Source: Vicinamibacteria bacterium (GTDB taxonomy: Bacteria; Acidobacteriota; Vicinamibacteria; Vicinamibacterales; JAENWD01). From it: 64,000 nt of DNA. The notes under the pieces are model-generated. The model was not told where the DNA came from. It made no database searches and worked only from the letters and a program-made list of their open reading frames with translations. The stretch spans positions 32,513-96,512 of the forward strand of contig CAVUPP010000002.1 of NCBI GenBank assembly GCA_963743245.1, read 5' to 3'. Shown here piece after piece: positions 62,879 through 64,000 of the stretch; position 1 is the stretch's first letter, and every line of letters begins with the position of its first letter. Both the position numbers and the translations under genes were made by a program.

Positions 62879-64000
62879 TCAGCCCGCTCCGCGGCAGAGC
62901 ACGGAATCGGGCTGCGTTTTCGTGCTGTTGACGATGGTCTTCATCGTCTCGAGCAGCTCGAATTCGATCTTGTTCTTCGCATCGGCGCCGAGCACTTTCT
63001 TCAGGAAGTCCTGCACCGGTGTCGATGCCTGCAGCCCGACGCCGCCGCCCACGTCAATCTTGATGGTGAGGCCGGTGCAGTTCACCATTGTCAGCGCCGA
63101 GCCTCGCGAGATGCCGAACGAGGCAATCAGCTTGAAATAGGGCCCCGCCTGCCAGTCCGCCGTGCCGAGGCCGACGAGGAACCGGAACTCAAAGGCGAAG
63201 ACGATGCCACTCACGCCGACCGGGACGCCACCGATCCCCTGCATCATCGGTTCGATCACGCCCATGGCCGGTTCCAGGATCTTGCCGGCCTGAATGCCGA
63301 TCGGTCCCTTCAGGCTGTAGGCGCCGTGCGCGGTGATCGTGGAGTTCCTGCCGGAGAACCCGAAGTCGACCAGGAATTTCGTCTTGAAGTGCATCGCCAG
63401 CGGGACGCCCTCGGTGGCTTCGGGCGGGATGGGCACGGTGACTTCGATCGGCACCTCGACGCGGACCTTGAAGTTGTCGCTCGTTCCGTTCTCGACGCCC
63501 CCGAGGAGCCCCACGTCCATCCGCTCGACGCCGTTGATGAGGAACGTCGTGCCCGCCCCCATCGTACCGTTGCTGATTGGCATCACGGCGTGCACCGTCA
63601 GCTTCTGTCCGTAGAGGCTGACGTCGGCGCCGAACTTCACTCCCCGGCTGCCGGAGTGTCCGTTCATCTCGAATTTCGAGCTCGTGCCAGCGGCGATCTT
63701 GACCCCCACCCGGTTGACTTGCGTACTCCCGCTGCTGGTCATGTTCAGGTACGGCTCGATCTCGAACGGCCCGACCTTCCCTTTGTAAGAGAGTTTCCGT
63801 GCTTCGGGCATCCGATCGCCGCCCGCGGGTGTTGTCTGCCTCCACCGCGTCCGGACGAATTGTGGAACGTCCACCGCCGCGAGCTCCTTCACCGTAAAAG
63901 GACCCTGGGCGCCCTCCTGGTAGACGGCAGATCCGGGCGCGAGCTCCTGGTCGATGCGGATGTCCGCGTCCTTGATCACCTCGGTGAGCCGCACGGGTGC
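62879..64000 (-). CDS. Hypothetical Gly-rich, predicted all-beta protein (5' end probably outside window)
   Basis: ORF is open to the window edge, and the tracked GTG at 63994 is only 6 nt from the end. Normal codon usage. Rich in G/V/T with alternating hydrophobic pattern. No motif recognised. Confidence 0.5.
   Translation of the reverse strand, partial: APVRLTEVIKDADIRIDQELAPGSAVYQEGAQGPFTVKELAAVDVPQFVRTRWRQTTPAGGDRMPEARKLSYKGKVGPFEIEPYLNMTSSGSTQVNRVGVKIAAGTSSKFEMNGHSGSRGVKFGADVSLYGQKLTVHAVMPISNGTMGAGTTFLINGVERMDVGLLGGVENGTSDNFKVRVEVPIEVTVPIPPEATEGVPLAMHFKTKFLVDFGFSGRNSTITAHGAYSLKGPIGIQAGKILEPAMGVIEPMMQGIGGVPVGVSGIVFAFEFRFLVGLGTADWQAGPYFKLIASFGISRGSALTMVNCTGLTIKIDVGGGVGLQASTPVQDFLKKVLGADAKNKIEFELLETMKTIVNSTKTQPDSVLCRGAG

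Overview
GC-rich bacterial chromosomal segment. Third codon positions are almost all G/C, and long spurious antisense ORFs shadow nearly every real gene. I support about 58 protein genes, roughly 80% on the minus strand, and most are core housekeeping. On the plus strand: potA-potB-potC/D (polyamine-type ABC importer). In minus-strand transcription order: uvrB-mlaE-mlaF-mlaD-ytxH-DUF948; greA; phoH-ybeY-corC-era; recO-glyQ-glyS-ppdK-corA-mutL; hisS-aspS; sucC-sucD-korA-korB-ndk-DUF2905-dcd-gamma-CA. The region from 49 to 64 kb holds secreted, envelope and hydrolase genes: a Tat-signal Gfo/Idh/MocA oxidoreductase, a PQQ dehydrogenase, an amidase, SGNH, GNAT, a tandem esterase, SYLF, DUF481 and DUF502. 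I recognised no rRNA, tRNA, CRISPR, transposase, integrase or phage genes, so this is not an obvious accessory island. Product calls rest on motifs read from the translations, because no database search was possible. The gene content (a secreted VWA protein, korAB, many signal-peptide hypotheticals) suggests an Acidobacteriota-like diderm, but that is inference only. Two window-wide signals are not explained by ordinary annotation. (1) A dispersed family of tandem heptanucleotide arrays sits in intercistronic gaps between 22.8 and 48 kb. Most are organised as inverted arms, with the 7-nt register held unbroken across the whole element. (2) At least 11 and possibly 13 single-base duplications each cause a +1 frame change in otherwise well-conserved genes, including glyQ, sucC and mutL. 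These are most simply consensus errors, but the mutL hit allows a biological alternative. Smaller items: a natural potC-potD fusion, a protein with an LPKTAS-TM-RRR C-terminal sorting signal, a large Omp85-type barrel with unusual N-terminal domains, and a patatin-like protein with degenerate catalytic motifs.
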